DNA from: Eledone cirrhosa
Lineage: Eukaryota
Assembly: GCA_964016885.1 (NCBI GenBank)
Contig: OZ024764.1
Location: 7,254,001 to 7,318,000 of the forward strand
Length of the DNA stretch: 64,000 nucleotides
Reading direction: 5' to 3'
Below, piece by piece: positions 51,593-64,000 of the stretch (its first letter is position 1; every line of letters starts with the position of its first letter). A program made the translations under genes and the position numbers. The notes beneath the pieces are model-generated. The model was not told the origin of the DNA. It worked only from the letters and a program-made list of their open reading frames with translations, and made no database searches.

Positions 51593-53859
51593 GACTAGCA
51601 GACTAGCACTCAACTAAAACCCCCACCTGTGTGAATAACTAGTAATCGTTTGGTATATACGATGGCCAGCCAACGGTGGTGGACTTCCCGCTAACACACC
51701 CGACGCTTAAGACAGTTAACATTCCTGGAGTGCTCGGAAAAATAAATTTCCATTTCTTTCGCTAAACGAAAATCCTCGGAATGGTTGACATGCCGTTGGG
51801 CCCCGGGCTGGGCGGGGGTACGCAACGTCGCTGGTTATTGAGCGCTAAGCATGGGCTTAATCTTTACTCTATATTCTACCCTGACACTTTATCGTGACTA
51901 TCTATAATACAATTAAACTTTTTCATAAAAGCCTCCTTCTGTAAATTCTTTAACTAAATCACACTTTCCTAATTTCATCTTAAATGGCATATTTTAACTC
52001 TAAACATAAATTTAACGTTTCTACTTGTTAATCGTAATTTCTGTTTTATATGGAAAAAAAGTGACTCGAAATGTTAGGTTTTTAGAGAAGTAATTTAGTT
52101 GGTTGGTGAATAAGTATAATAAATTTTGCACCAATTCGCGTTACAAAGTTCTTATTATATTTGCCTTCAAAAAAAGCAGGACTCAGGTTGTTTTTTCATA
52201 TATGAGTGAAGTTTGGTTGGTTGATACAGTCACGTGAATAAGCACATCAGCTTTCATGCCTGTTTGTGTTTTCCTTATATTTTCACTTGGTCTTTTTTTC
52301 ATTTTGTAAAAAAACCTCACTTTCTAATCTATATATCTATTTATAAACTAATATGTAATATATCAGACTCTCTATCTGAAAGATTGAATCAGTGAAACAT
52401 GGAACCAATCTGTGGATCTCACTGAACTACTTGCTAATGGATTACATTGAGTTCTAACTAGGGTATAGACCCTACCACGAAAGGTAAACCACATTGTATA
52501 TATATATATATATATATAAGTTGTTTACTCCATGATACAAATGTGTTAGTATTAATAGGTTAGTTAAAATATCTGTAAAAATAATATTTACCTAAGTAAT
52601 TAATACAAAATCAAATTAATTGAAGTGGCAGAATTGTCAGTGTTTCAATTCATATATGTATTATAGATATTAAGCCAGATGTGTGTCTATAACTCTCTTT
52701 ACGGTTTGTAGTTAAACTTGGGGTGAATAGAATTAAATTTCTCTCTTCATGGAAACATATATTTATATATATGGAGGCACATGGCTTAGTGGTTCGAGCA
52801 TTGGCCTTGCAATCAAAAGGCTGTGAGTTCAATTCTCAAACCGGATGTTGTGTTGTTTCCTTGAGCAAGACACTTTATTTCACATTGCTCCAGTTTACTC
52901 AGCTGTAGAAATGAGATGATAGGGACTGGGGTCCCTATCATTCCACTGCAAAGTGGTCGTGGAGGTGCCACGGCAAAAAAGCACCCAGCACTCACTGTAA
53001 ATGAGGTTGGTGTTAGGAAGGGCATCCAGCTGTAGAAATCAAGCCAAAAAATCAGTTCCCGTCCCACCCTTGCAAGCAGGGAAAAGCGGACGTAAAATGA
53101 TGATGATGATGATGATATATATATCATTAACTGTTATAAGGGTAAAGGAGATGCCCTAGATAGGAGTAACTATAGAGGCATTAAATTAATCGGAGAGAGA
53201 ATTGATCTAGATGAAATGCAGTTCGGGTTTGTGTCAGGCAAAAGTACCACAGACGCTCTTTTCATTGTACGACAACTACAGGAGAAGTACCTAGCTAAAA
53301 GTAAACCCCTATACTTAGCTTTTATCGACTTGGAGAAAGCCTTCGACAGAGTCCCCCGTTCCATTATCTGGTGGGCTCTTAGAAAACTAGGTTGACTTTG
53401 CCTTTCATCCTTATGGGGTCGATAAAATAAAGTACCAGTAATGTACTGGGGTTGATTTAATCGACTTTCCCCTCCCGCAAAATTGCTGGCCTTGTGCCTA
53501 TATAAGAAACAATTATTATGGAATTTTTCATTGTTCTTTTATTACATCCCCTGTTTTGGGGGTTTTTTTTACATGCAGAAATGCCCATTCGTACGGTCCT
53601 GTATTGTCCTGTATTGTCCTTAATGTCTACTTTGTCTAAACCCTTGTGGTTAATAAAGAAAGCATTATTATTATTATTATTATTCTGGCCTTGTGCCAAA
53701 AAGTAGAAACAATTATTATTATTCGTTATTATTATTATTGTTAAACTAATATCTAATATATACACACACATACATATATATGATCAACAAATATATGTTA
53801 GTATTTTTAGAGAAATTAAAATATTGATCACAATATATCTTACCTTCAGGCGAGAAATT

Positions 53860-54700
53860 CAGTTTGATATGTCCAGGTACAAGTGAGGTGTAAGAATGAC
53901 ACAACTTACTCAGACACGAGCTTTCAAACAGTTTGATATGTCCAGGTACAAGTGAGGTGTAAGAATGACACAACTTACTTTCAAACAGTTTGATATGTCC
54001 AGGTACAAGTGAGGTGTAAGAATGACACAACTTACTTTCAAACAGTTTGATATGTCCAGGTACAAGTGAGGTGTAAGAATGACACAACTTACTTTCAAAC
54101 AGTTTGATATGTCCAGGTACAAGTGAGGTGTAAGAATGACACAACTTACTTTCAAACAGTTTGATATGTCCAGGTACAAGTGAGGTGTAAGAATGACACA
54201 ACTTACTCAGACACGAGCTTTCAAACAGTTTGATATGTCCAGGTATAAGTGAGGTGTAAGAATGACACAACTTACTTTCAAACAGTTTGATATGTCCAGG
54301 TACAAGTGAGGTGTAAGAATGACACAACTTACTTTCAAACAGTTTGATATGTCCAGGTACAAGTGAGGTGTAAGAATGACACAACTTACTTTCAAACAGT
54401 TTGATATGTCCAGGTACAAGTGAGGTGTAAGAATGACACAACTTACTTTCAAACAGTTTGATATGTCCAGGTACAAGTGAGGTGTAAGAATGACACAACT
54501 TACTTTCAAACAGTTTGATATGTCCAGGTACAAGTGAGGTGTAAGAATGACACAACTTACTTTCAAACAGTTTGATATGTCCAGGTACAAGTGAGGTGTA
54601 AGAATGACACAACTTACTCAGACACGAGCTTTCAAACAGTTTGATATGTCCATGTACAAGTAAGAATGACACAATTTACTCAGTCACTAGCTTTTAAACA
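53860..54700. repeat. 57/69-bp minisatellite, ~14 units (copy B)
   Basis: Same unit as 1413-2025; ORF is 76 aa (4 x 19 aa) longer. Confidence 0.97.
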
Positions 54701-54867
54701 GAAGATTGCTACCCGCCCCACTTCATTGTAATACAGTAACACTCCTCACTTGTTCATATTACGAAGTAAATGACTTAACAATTTGAGGTTTGTTGGGTCA
54801 CCGTGTCATACATAAATATTTCTGGCTTGGTTTCTACACCTTTGATGCCCACCCCAACACCACACAC

Positions 54868-55795
54868 ATTACAGTGTGGAATGGGTGTTTTTTTTCGTGA
54901 ACCCTACATGAACACTTTACAGTTTGGACTGGGTGTTTTTTGTTGTGGCCCCTACATGACCACATTATAGTGTGGACTGGGTGTTTTTTGTTGTGGCCCC
55001 TACATGAACACATTATAGTGTGGACTGGGTGTTTTTTGTTGTGGCCCCTACATGGCCACATTATATTGTGGACTGGGTGTGTTTTTTTCGTGTTCCCTAC
55101 ATGAATACTTTACAGTGTGGACTGGGTGTTTTTTTTTCATGAACCCTACACAACCACTTTACAGTTTGAACTGGGTGTTTTTTGTTGTGGCCCCTACTTT
55201 ACAGTGTGAACTGGGTGTGTTTTTTTTCGTGACCCCTACATGACCACTTTACAGTGTGGACTGGGTGTTTTTTGTTGAGACACCTACAAAACCATTTTAC
55301 AGTGTGGACTGGGTGTTTTTTGTTGTGACACCTACACGACCACTTTACAGTGTGGACTGGGTACTTTTTGTTGTGGTCCCTACATGACCACTTTACAGTG
55401 TGGGGATGGGTACTTTTTATTGTGACACCTACTTGACCACTTTACAGTGTGGACTGGGTACTTTTTGTTGTGACCCCTACATGACAGTGTACAGTGTGGA
55501 CTGGGTACTTTTTGTTGTGACACCTACATGACCACTTTACAGTGTGGGCTGGGTATTTTTTGTTCTGGTCCCTACATGACCACTCTACAGTGTGGACTGG
55601 GTACTGTTTGTTGTGGCCCCTACATGACCACTCTACAGTGTGGACTGGGTACTTTTTGTTCTGGTCCCTACATGACCACTTTACAGTGTGGACTGGGTAC
55701 TTTTTGTTGTGGCCCCTACATGACCACTTTACAGTGTGGACTGGGTACTTTTTGTTGTGGCCCCTACATGACCACTCTACAGTGTGGACTGGGGT
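54868..55795. repeat. 48-bp minisatellite (copy B)
   Basis: Same unit and length as 2193-3120. Confidence 0.93.
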
Positions 55796-56761
55796 AGCAG
55801 TTCATCAGATTTGTTAATCATGCTAAAAACAAAATGTCTTCACATATATAATTCATAGCCTTTCAATAATATTATCATGTTCAACTATCTTTGCAGGGAA
55901 TTCCTGCTGAGGTTACCTTTGCCTTTCATCTTTCCAGGGTCAATAAAATAAAGTACCAGTAATTCACTGCGGTCAATTGACTTCCCCTCCCATCAAAATT
56001 GTTGGCCTTGTGCCGAAATCAGTAACCATCATTATTATTATTATTATTTATGTTCAAATTCCGCTGAGGTTATCTTTTACCTTTACAGGGTTGATAAAAT
56101 AAAGTACCAGTAATGTACTGGGGGAGATTTAATTAACATTCCCCTCCCTCCCCAAAATTGTTGTCCTTGTGGCTAAATCACAAACCATTGTTGTTATTAT
56201 TATTATTATTACTTTTATATAAAACTAGTAAAAGAAGTGAGTGTGAGTGAGAGGGTTGAGAGAGTATGAGTGGAAGTGGTGAGTACCATCAAAGTGGAGT
56301 GGAGGTGGAGTAGAGGCTGTAGGTTGGGGTGATGTGGGTGACAAAGCAACATAATATTAGACAACAATTAATCAATATTAACCCTTTAATGTTCAAACTA
56401 GCCAAAACCGGCCAGAATTCTCTACCTCTTTCTGTTGAAACTGGCTGTAACTGGTCACTCAAACTGATGTTCCGGTATTGTTCTCAAAATAAATACTTTC
56501 AAAATCTCATAGATTCAATATTATGTGAGATAATTATGCGAGGTAAAGCCTTTACCATGAAAATATAATAGTATGTAGGGTAATGTAAATGCTAAAGAGT
56601 TAAAACAATAATGCTGACAATATAAACAAGAGGAGGAGGAGAAAACAAAGATGGCGGTACAGTTTGGGAGGTGTATGGAAGGGTAAGAGAGGATAGTGGT
56701 TAAGTGGTGCCTACTAGATGTATGCTTCAATCCATGCCCATGGGAAGGTGGCACTTCTCTA

Positions 56762-58059
56762 TGAGGGGGCGATCAAAAAGTTCGCGGAATTTTATCGTAG
56801 CAAGAAAAAAATCAGGTTAAAACAATATTAAACATGTCAGAACATTGTCACTGGGTGTTTACCTTGCAGTCAGTCATGCGCGGACTATTGTACAGTACTG
56901 ACATTCTTTAAAAAACCTCATTTTGGAACAATGGAAAATAGTTATTTTGAGATAAGATCGAATATCAAGTTTCTGGTGAAACTCAAATGGAAAGGGACAC
57001 AGATTATGGAGGCTTTAGTTAAAGTTTACGGTACTACTGCTTCAAAGAAAACTGCTGTCTACAAGGGGATTCAGCGATTCAAACGAGAGACGACCTTGAA
57101 GACGATCATCGCAGTGGAAGACCAGGAACATCAAATAATGACCAAAACGTTGAGGCTGCTCAGACTTTAATTGAAGAAGAGCGAAGAATAACAGCTAATC
57201 AGTTAGCTAAGTCCCTAGACATTTCATATGGTTCGGCAAATTCAATTCTGTACGATAATTTGGGACTAAGCAAGCTTTCAGCGCGATGGGTTCCAAAAGC
57301 GTTGCGCCCTGATCAGCTGATTCTTCGAAGTGATCTGTCTTTGGCGATATTAAACAAAATTGAAGTTGATGAAGAGCATTTCCTGACCAGAATCATCACC
57401 GGAGATGAAACCTGGATCTACCAGTATGATCCTGAATCCAAAAAGCAGTCAAAACAGTGGCTTCCACGTGGATCATCGGGGCCAATCAAGTTCAAATCTC
57501 AAAAGTCGGATCAAAATGTGATGGCCACCATTTTCTGGGATTCAGATGGGGTGATACTAATAGATTATCTTGAAGGTCAAAGAACTGTGACAGGAGCTTA
57601 CTATGCAAATGTTTTAAGGAAGCTGAAAGAGGCATTAGTCAAAAAACGAAAAGGGAAACTTCATGGTGGGATCTTGCTTCACCATGACAATGCACCAGCG
57701 CATTCTGCGCGGGTTCCAAAAGAAGTTCTTCGAGAATTTCGATGGGAAGTGCTTCCTCACCCACCTTATAGTCCAGATTTATCCCCATCAGACTTTTTCC
57801 TCTTTCCAAAACTCAAAGAAATGCTAAAAGGAACCCATTTTTAGTGGTGTTGAAGAAGCTAAAAACACTGCCAACACATGGCTTCGAACAAGGCCTTCAA
57901 CTTTCTTTAGAGACGGCTTACAAAGCTGGAAGCATCGCCTTGTGAAGTGTATTGACCTGGATGGCAACTATGTAGAAAAATAAATTGAAGGTAAATCATA
58001 TTTTTTGAAAAATAGATTATTTTCTGAAAAATTCCGCAAAATTTTTGATCCCCCCTACA
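56762..58059 (+). mobile_element. Mariner (DD34D) transposon, copy B, same frameshifts
   Basis: Same TIRs and flanks as 4090-5387; ORFs 56931 and 57260. Confidence 0.93.
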
Positions 58060-58873
58060 TAACATCAAAGTCCTCGATCTTGTGTCATTATCTTTGTGCA
58101 AGGTCAGCTTTTATCACATCATCCCATGGAAAAACCCAAAACATAACATGGCGATGGACATGTTTATAATATCTCCGAATATTTAAAGGTTAAACTGTTC
58201 ATGAATGTGTAGCCAATATTTTGCATTTGTACGGACTCTGATAATCCCTTTTTGTGATATTTCTAAGAACAAAATTTCCCTCTGAAGAGTCTAATAGGTA
58301 CATTTCTACAATAGGATGTAAACCTCATGTATCCACCTGTTGAATTATTAATGTACTTAACGACAAAACACTGTGTAAGGAATACATTCTGTTATTGTCT
58401 TAAGAGTGGTAGATTGGCAGTATCAGTAGAGGGTCGGACACCATGCTTTGACGCGTAGAGTTATGACCCGTTATGATCTGAGTTCAAATCCCACTGAGGT
58501 TAACTTTGCCTTTCATCCTTACGGGTTCGATAAAATAAAGTACCAGTAATACACTGGGATAATTGCTGGCCTTGTGCCAAAAGTAGAAACAATTATTAAA
58601 TGTCTTGCTTTCTCCACTGTACTGTATATTTCTGCATATACACACTCTGCTTATTCTCTGCACTCAAACTCTCCTTAAATATTAACTCCACTATAATATT
58701 TAATCTCACCTTTTTAAGCATTGAGCATGCTTCGGTTTGTCTAAGGCTTCTAACATATTACATCATAGTTCCTTCCCCTCTGTTCTTATGATCTATGACT
58801 CTTATTTTGATATCTATATATATATATAGTGACGAAACATATGTCAATTGCATGAACTCATAATCCTTTATTT

Positions 58874-58929
58874 ACTGCTATATATATTTCGATGATAGCC
58901 ATTGAATGGCTATGACCTCATCAGGCAGT
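58874..58929 (-). ncRNA. Type I hammerhead ribozyme motif (copy B)
   Basis: Copy of 6204-6261 with one fewer TA in stem III. Confidence 0.8.
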
Positions 58930-59267
58930 TAGTTAGTTCTTAGATATGTCAGCTCTGTGTTTATAGTGTTGATGGTATCAGAGCCTTGGGACATATGAGC
59001 TTGTTAGGAATAATTTAATGTTGTCAGCAGGAATAATCTTAATTCTCATTGGTCAGTTTGTAGATGCTAGTAGGGTTGGTATTTAACCTCAAAGAGGCAG
59101 GTGGTGTTGTAAAGTTCAATCCGTCAGGCAAGATGACAATAGTTCCATATGACTGATTTTCACAAAAACCATCCCTGGTCAGATATATATTCAATTGGGG
59201 TTTATAATATGAAATTCGATACTACAGGTCATTCTTAAATTGAGGAATTTATGTGAAAATTATGGTT

Positions 59268-59324
<57 letters not shown>

Positions 59325-59448
59325 CACACACACATATCATCATCATCATATATATGCACACATTACTCACTCAACGAATTATGGAATGAACTAGTAAGGA
59401 ACAAAACCTGTCTCAGTGGTTACCAAGTGTGTGTATGTATGTATATAT

Positions 59449-60063
59449 CATCATCACCGTTTTACGTCCGTTCTTCCACTCTAGCATGGGTTAGACGAGT
59501 TGTCCTGTTGTGGGCAGTGTCTGGTCGGCTGACCATGCCTTGCTCATACAGGAACTGATCTGGCTTGATTTCTACAGCTGGATGCCCTTCCTAACACCAA
59601 CCTCATTTACAGTGAGTGCTGGGTGCTTTTTCGTGGCGCCTACACGTCCACTTTACAGTGTGGGCTGGGTGCTTTTTTGCCGTGGCACCTCCACGACCAC
59701 CTTGCAGTGGGGGGGAGGGGCATATTGTCTATATGCTTCAGCTTATACCCATGGGAGGTCGGGTACTCTGTATTACTGCGTGACGCCAGAAGTCACGGTC
59801 GTGTGTCATTGTCTTTGAGAGGTGTAATTGGGTAAGGTCGGCTTTTATCACCTCATCCCAGGTCATCTTGGGTCTCCCCACTCCGCAGTTTCTATCAACT
59901 TCTAGTGCTCTGCACCTTTTTATGCAGCTGTCATCCTTCATACGCATCACATGTCCATACCAGCGCAACCGCCTCTCCTGCACACAGCATTTGATTCCTC
60001 TTATGCTCAGTCTCTCTCTCAATTCATTTATGCTTTGTCGTTCACATATATTACTGTTACACA
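59449..60063 (-). mobile_element. RTE LINE 3' end (copy B)
   Basis: ORF 59738-60121. Confidence 0.9.
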
Positions 60064-60107
<44 letters not shown>

Positions 60108-60246
60108 AAACACACACACACACATATATATATTTTACATTTTGTAAAATACCTTCCTGCTTCAGGTGTTAAATTAGGTCAGTCATTACATTAGCAGATA
60201 ACCGGATAGTAGTCATTCTATTTGTAAAGTTTCTGGACAATGGCAT

Positions 60247-61550
60247 GGTGTTAACTTCAAGCAGTTGGGAGAGGTGTAACTTAAAGCAGTTGGGAGAGGT
60301 GTTAACTTGAAGCAGTTGGGAGAGGTGTAACTTAAAGCAGTTGGGAGAGGTGTAAACTTGAAGCAGTTGGGAGAGGTGTTAACTTGAAGCAGTTGGGAGA
60401 GGTGTTAACTTAAAGCAGTTGGGAGAGGTGTTAACTTAAAGCAGTTGGGAGAGGTGTTAACTTGAAGCAGTTGGGAGAGGTGTTAACTTAAAGCAGTTGG
60501 GAGAGGTGTAAACTTGAAGCAGTTGGGAGAGGTGTAAACTTGAAGCAGTTGGGAGAGGTGTAAACTTGAAGCAGTTGGGAGAGGTGTTAACTTGAAGCAG
60601 TTGGGAGAGGTGTTAACTTGAAGCAGTTGGGAGAGGTGTTAACTTAAAGCAGTTGGGAGAGGTGTTAACTTAAAGCAGTTGGGAGAGGTGTTAACTTGAA
60701 GCAGTTGGGAGAGGTGTAAACTTGAAGCAGTTGGGAGAGGTGTAAACTTGAAGCAGTTGGGAGAGGTGTTAACTTGAAGCAGTTGGGAGAGGTGTTAACT
60801 TAAAGCAGTTGGGAGAGGTGTTAACTTGAAGCAGTTGGGAGAGGTGTTAACTTGAAGCAGTTGGGAGAGGTGTAAACTTGAAGCAGTTGGGAGAGGTGTT
60901 AACTTGAAGCAGTTGGGAGAGGTGTAAACTTGAAGCAGTTGGGAGAGGTGTAAACTTGAAGCAGTTGGGAGAGGTGTTAACTTGAAGCAGTTGGGAGAGG
61001 TGTAAACTTGAAGCAGTTGGGAGAGGTGTTAACTTGAAGCAGTTGGGAGAGGTGTAAACTTGAAGCAGTTGGGGGAGGTGTTAACTTGAAGCAGTTGGGA
61101 GAGGTGTTAACTTGAAGCAGTTGGGGGAGGTGTTAACTTGAAGCAGTTGGGAGAGGTGTTAACTTGAAGCAGTTGGGGGAGGTGTAAACTTGAAGCAGTT
61201 GGGAGAGGTGTTAACTTGAAGCAGTTGGGGGAGGTGTTAACTTGAAGCAGTTGGGAGAGGTGTTAACTTGAAGCAGTTGGGAGAGGTGTAAACTTGAAGC
61301 AGTTGGGGGAGGTGTTAACTTGAAGCAGTTGGGAGAGGTGTTAACTTGAAGCAGTTGGGGGAGGTGTTAACTTGAAGCAGTTGGGAGAGGTGTTAACTTG
61401 AAGCAGTTGGGGGAGGTGTAAACTTGAAGCAGTTGGGAGAGGTGTTAACTTGAAGCAGTTGGGAGAGGTGTAAACTTGAAGCAGTTGGGAGAGGTGTAAA
61501 CTTGAAGCAGTTGGGAGAGGTGTTAACTTGAAGCAGTTGGGGGAGGTGTA
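60247..61550. repeat. 26-bp minisatellite, ~50 units
   Basis: Unit ttgggagaggtgttaacttgaagcag with tt/ta, g/a and gggggag variants. Confidence 0.97.
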
Positions 61551-61684
61551 TTTAGGTTAGAGCTGAAAGATATAAAATATTGGCTATTTTCAAATTGGAG
61601 GAGGGGGGGGCGGATAAAGCTAGAGGAGCAGGATTCCTCGCCGCACTTAATCTTTTATACACACACACACTCACATATATATAT

Positions 61685-61800
61685 TTTGTTTCTACTTTTG
61701 TCACAAAGCCAGCAATTACCTGTACTGGTGCATTACTGGTACTTTATTTTATCAACCCTGTACAGATGAAAGGCAAAGTTAGCCTTGGTGGGATTTGAGT
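61685..61800 (-). mobile_element. SINE fragment
   Basis: 'ctggtactttattttatcaaccc...gatgaaaggcaaag'. Confidence 0.8.
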
Positions 61801-61808
61801 AAAATGAA

Positions 61809-62110
61809 GTGAAATTCCTTCAAAGATGTATTTCTGTAAACACTATGTACATTCAATGGCTAGTTTATGTAGGATCTTGGTGACATCATCAGTTGTATAT
61901 TGCATAATAGTTATATAATAAAGGAATAATGGTAAACATAATCCAAGAGACTATAAGGAGAGAAAGCAGAAAGCTTCTTGGATTATGTTTACCATTATTC
62001 CTTTATTATATAACTATTATGCAATATACATCTGATGATGTCACCAAGATCCTACGTAACCTGGCCACTGAAATAGTGTTTACAGAAATACATTTTTGAA
62101 GGAATTTCAC
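61809..62110. repeat. ~140-bp imperfect inverted repeat with 27-bp spacer; each arm has a degenerate hammerhead-like core
   Basis: 61809-61948 pairs with 61976-62110; CTGATGA-TGT...ACA-GAAA-TACAT in both arms. Confidence 0.9.
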
Positions 62111-62379
62111 CAGTCCGACCTCCTATCGTTTTACTCAATAATAATTAACTCCGTTCCTGCACCACCAACAAGATTCAACATCAAAGATGGATGAGTTGCA
62201 TAATGTTGAGTGCTTTTCTTAATATTACATCAGGGTTAACTATACGGAATGACCAGTTCTATCCAGTGGTGAACCACCAATCTTAAATGAATATATATAT
62301 ATTCATCATCTTCATTTTTACGTCTGTTTTTCATGGTCATATGGGTTGGAGAGCTCCTTTTCAACAGTATTTCTCCATA

Positions 62380-62780
62380 CATTGTCAATGGGGTGTCAAA
62401 GATATATGCCTGTAAATGAAAGTTGCAGTTTATTGTAGAGTGGTACTGCCAACATTCTTATATGCATCCACATTTATAAGCTCGATGTCTTTCACAAACA
62501 TTGTCTCCATCTGTGGTTATGACATAATCTCAAATGTTGATCTCTTCATGAAGTACAACATTGGTGGGATTGAGTTATTTCTGATGCAATCCCAACTCAG
62601 ATGGGCTGGTCATGTCCTACAGATGTCTGAGAACTACACACCCAAGGTACTCTTATACAGTCAATTTCATAATGGTATAACACAGGCACGCTATTACTCA
62701 GATATAAAGACAAACTGAAGTAGAATCTTAAATATGGGAACATACCGCTTTCTTCTTTTAAAGCCGTAGATGCTGCCTTA
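62380..62780 (+). mobile_element. Old RTE/BovB-like LINE C-terminal fragment
   Basis: KVAVYCRVVLPTFLYA...QLRWAGHVLQMSENYTPKVLLYSQ. Confidence 0.8.
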
Positions 62781-62911
62781 AAAAATGGAGAACTGTCTGC
62801 CATGAACTTATAAAGAACTTTGAAAAATCTCGTCTGGTACATCGTCATGATCTAAGATCTAACATCAAGATCTGATCAAACATTCCATCCTGCTCTGCTC
62901 AAAATCCTGTC

Positions 62912-63055
62912 ATCTATATATCTAAAACAGAGAATGTCTGTCTGACTCCCTAAAACTCGAGAACCACCCAACCGATTGTTTTCAAACTTTACACATGTAA
63001 TACTTATGGCCGTGTGAGTGTTTTGAGCAAAATATATTTCAAATTTTCAATGCCT
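62912..63055 (+). mobile_element. Possible non-autonomous Helitron-like 5' end
   Basis: 'atctatatatctaaaa...gtctgtctg...aaactcgagaacc...accgattgttttcaaacttt' resembles TC-start Helitron/DINE-like repeats; no 3' end identified. Confidence 0.4.
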
Positions 63056-63247
63056 TAGGGACCGCATTAGGCGATTTAGCGATCACTCTCTATAATTCTT
63101 AGTCTTTCTTTTTAGATAGATACATAGCTACAATGTCTCGCCTTTATAATATCTGTCTGTATGTCTGGCTGTCTGCATTATGACATTATGACATTATGAC
63201 ATTATCTGTGTGTGTATATATAGATATATATATATATATATATAGTG

Positions 63248-63284
<37 letters not shown>

Positions 63285-63559
63285 TGTAACATTTTTCGAA
63301 ATATTTACTTCTGCGTTCAGAAATTGATTTTTTTAGTTTCAGAAGATCCCGTTAAGGGTGAAAGCAGCGATTCTTTGCTTAAACTTTAATCTGTTATTTT
63401 AATATATATATATATATAATCTGTTAGACACGCAGTGACTAACAACAGAATGTTTTAAGTCTGCGTGTCTAACATATATGTGTAGCTTCTGAATAAAAAA
63501 TTCAAGGGGTTTCGCTGGCTGTGGTGATCCCTGCCAAACATCTTTTGTAATGTATCATC

Positions 63560-63781
63560 TTATTGGCTAATTTCATCGTCTTATTGGCTAATCAACCAAT
63601 GAGAGTAATTGTTGCTCAAAAGCATCCGCCACTTTGTTTGCACGTTTATTTATTGTTTCGCTTTCGAATCTTCGTCCTGTATTTCATCGTTATCATCAAA
63701 ATATTTTTCTCGTTTTGGTAAGTTATATTGTTAATTTATATATGATTTTTTAAATTTATATTAACTATTTTTTTTTTTCAG
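63560..63781 (+). promoter_or_regulatory. CCAAT-box cluster followed by a candidate first exon and 64-bp intron
   Basis: Two ATTGG plus one CCAAT (63562-63600); donor TTG|GTAAGT at 63718; branch-like TTAAC, poly-T and CAG acceptor ending at 63781. Confidence 0.5.
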
Positions 63782-64000
63782 TTCGTTATAACGTGCTTAT
63801 AATATTGGTTGTACCATATTTACTTGTATATTTGTCCATATTATTGTTCGTTTTATGTTAGACTATTTGTATATAATATTTAATTTTTAAGAATTAACTA
63901 AGTGAAATAGCGTAAAAATAAAGGCTTCGTTGGTTTAAGCTATTTTTATAAAGGATGCCACAGAATGTACGATATATAATGATTACAATATTTTTTAGCA

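Larger units (their letters stand above)
52451..60420 (+). repeat. Segmental duplication, copy B
   Basis: Collinear with 1-7702; only scattered SNPs and microsatellite/minisatellite length changes. Confidence 0.97.

Noticed and set aside
39139-51593. Short plus-strand ORFs (e.g. 44338-44970, 50601-51194) as genes
   Set aside because: Antisense shadows of minus-strand RTE LINE coding remnants.
4090-58059. Two mariner copies as the ends of a composite transposon or recent transposition
   Set aside because: Both share flanks and frameshifts, so they were copied with the segmental duplication.

Overview
AT-rich eukaryotic (animal) DNA made almost entirely of repeats; the SINE/RTE-LINE complement resembles coleoid cephalopod (Octopus-like) genomes, which is an inference from memory and not a database result. 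No intact host protein-coding gene is supportable. The window is dominated by a ~30.8-kb 15-bp satellite (ACCTACCCTACAGTA, 7711-38552) with nested higher-order duplications, which produces the giant repeat ORFs in the track. Bases 1-~7700 are duplicated at high identity at 52451-~60420; this block holds SINEs, RTE-LINE fragments, 57-, 48- and 26-bp minisatellites and a frameshifted DD34D mariner. The rest is decayed RTE LINEs, a DD37D (maT-type) transposase remnant and SINEs. Three signals deserve follow-up: (i) several type I hammerhead-ribozyme motifs in Penelope/retrozyme-like tandem and inverted repeats, (ii) minus-strand splice acceptor/donor pairs that bracket the minisatellite arrays, suggesting a spliced repeat-exon transcript, and (iii) the variant code of the satellite.
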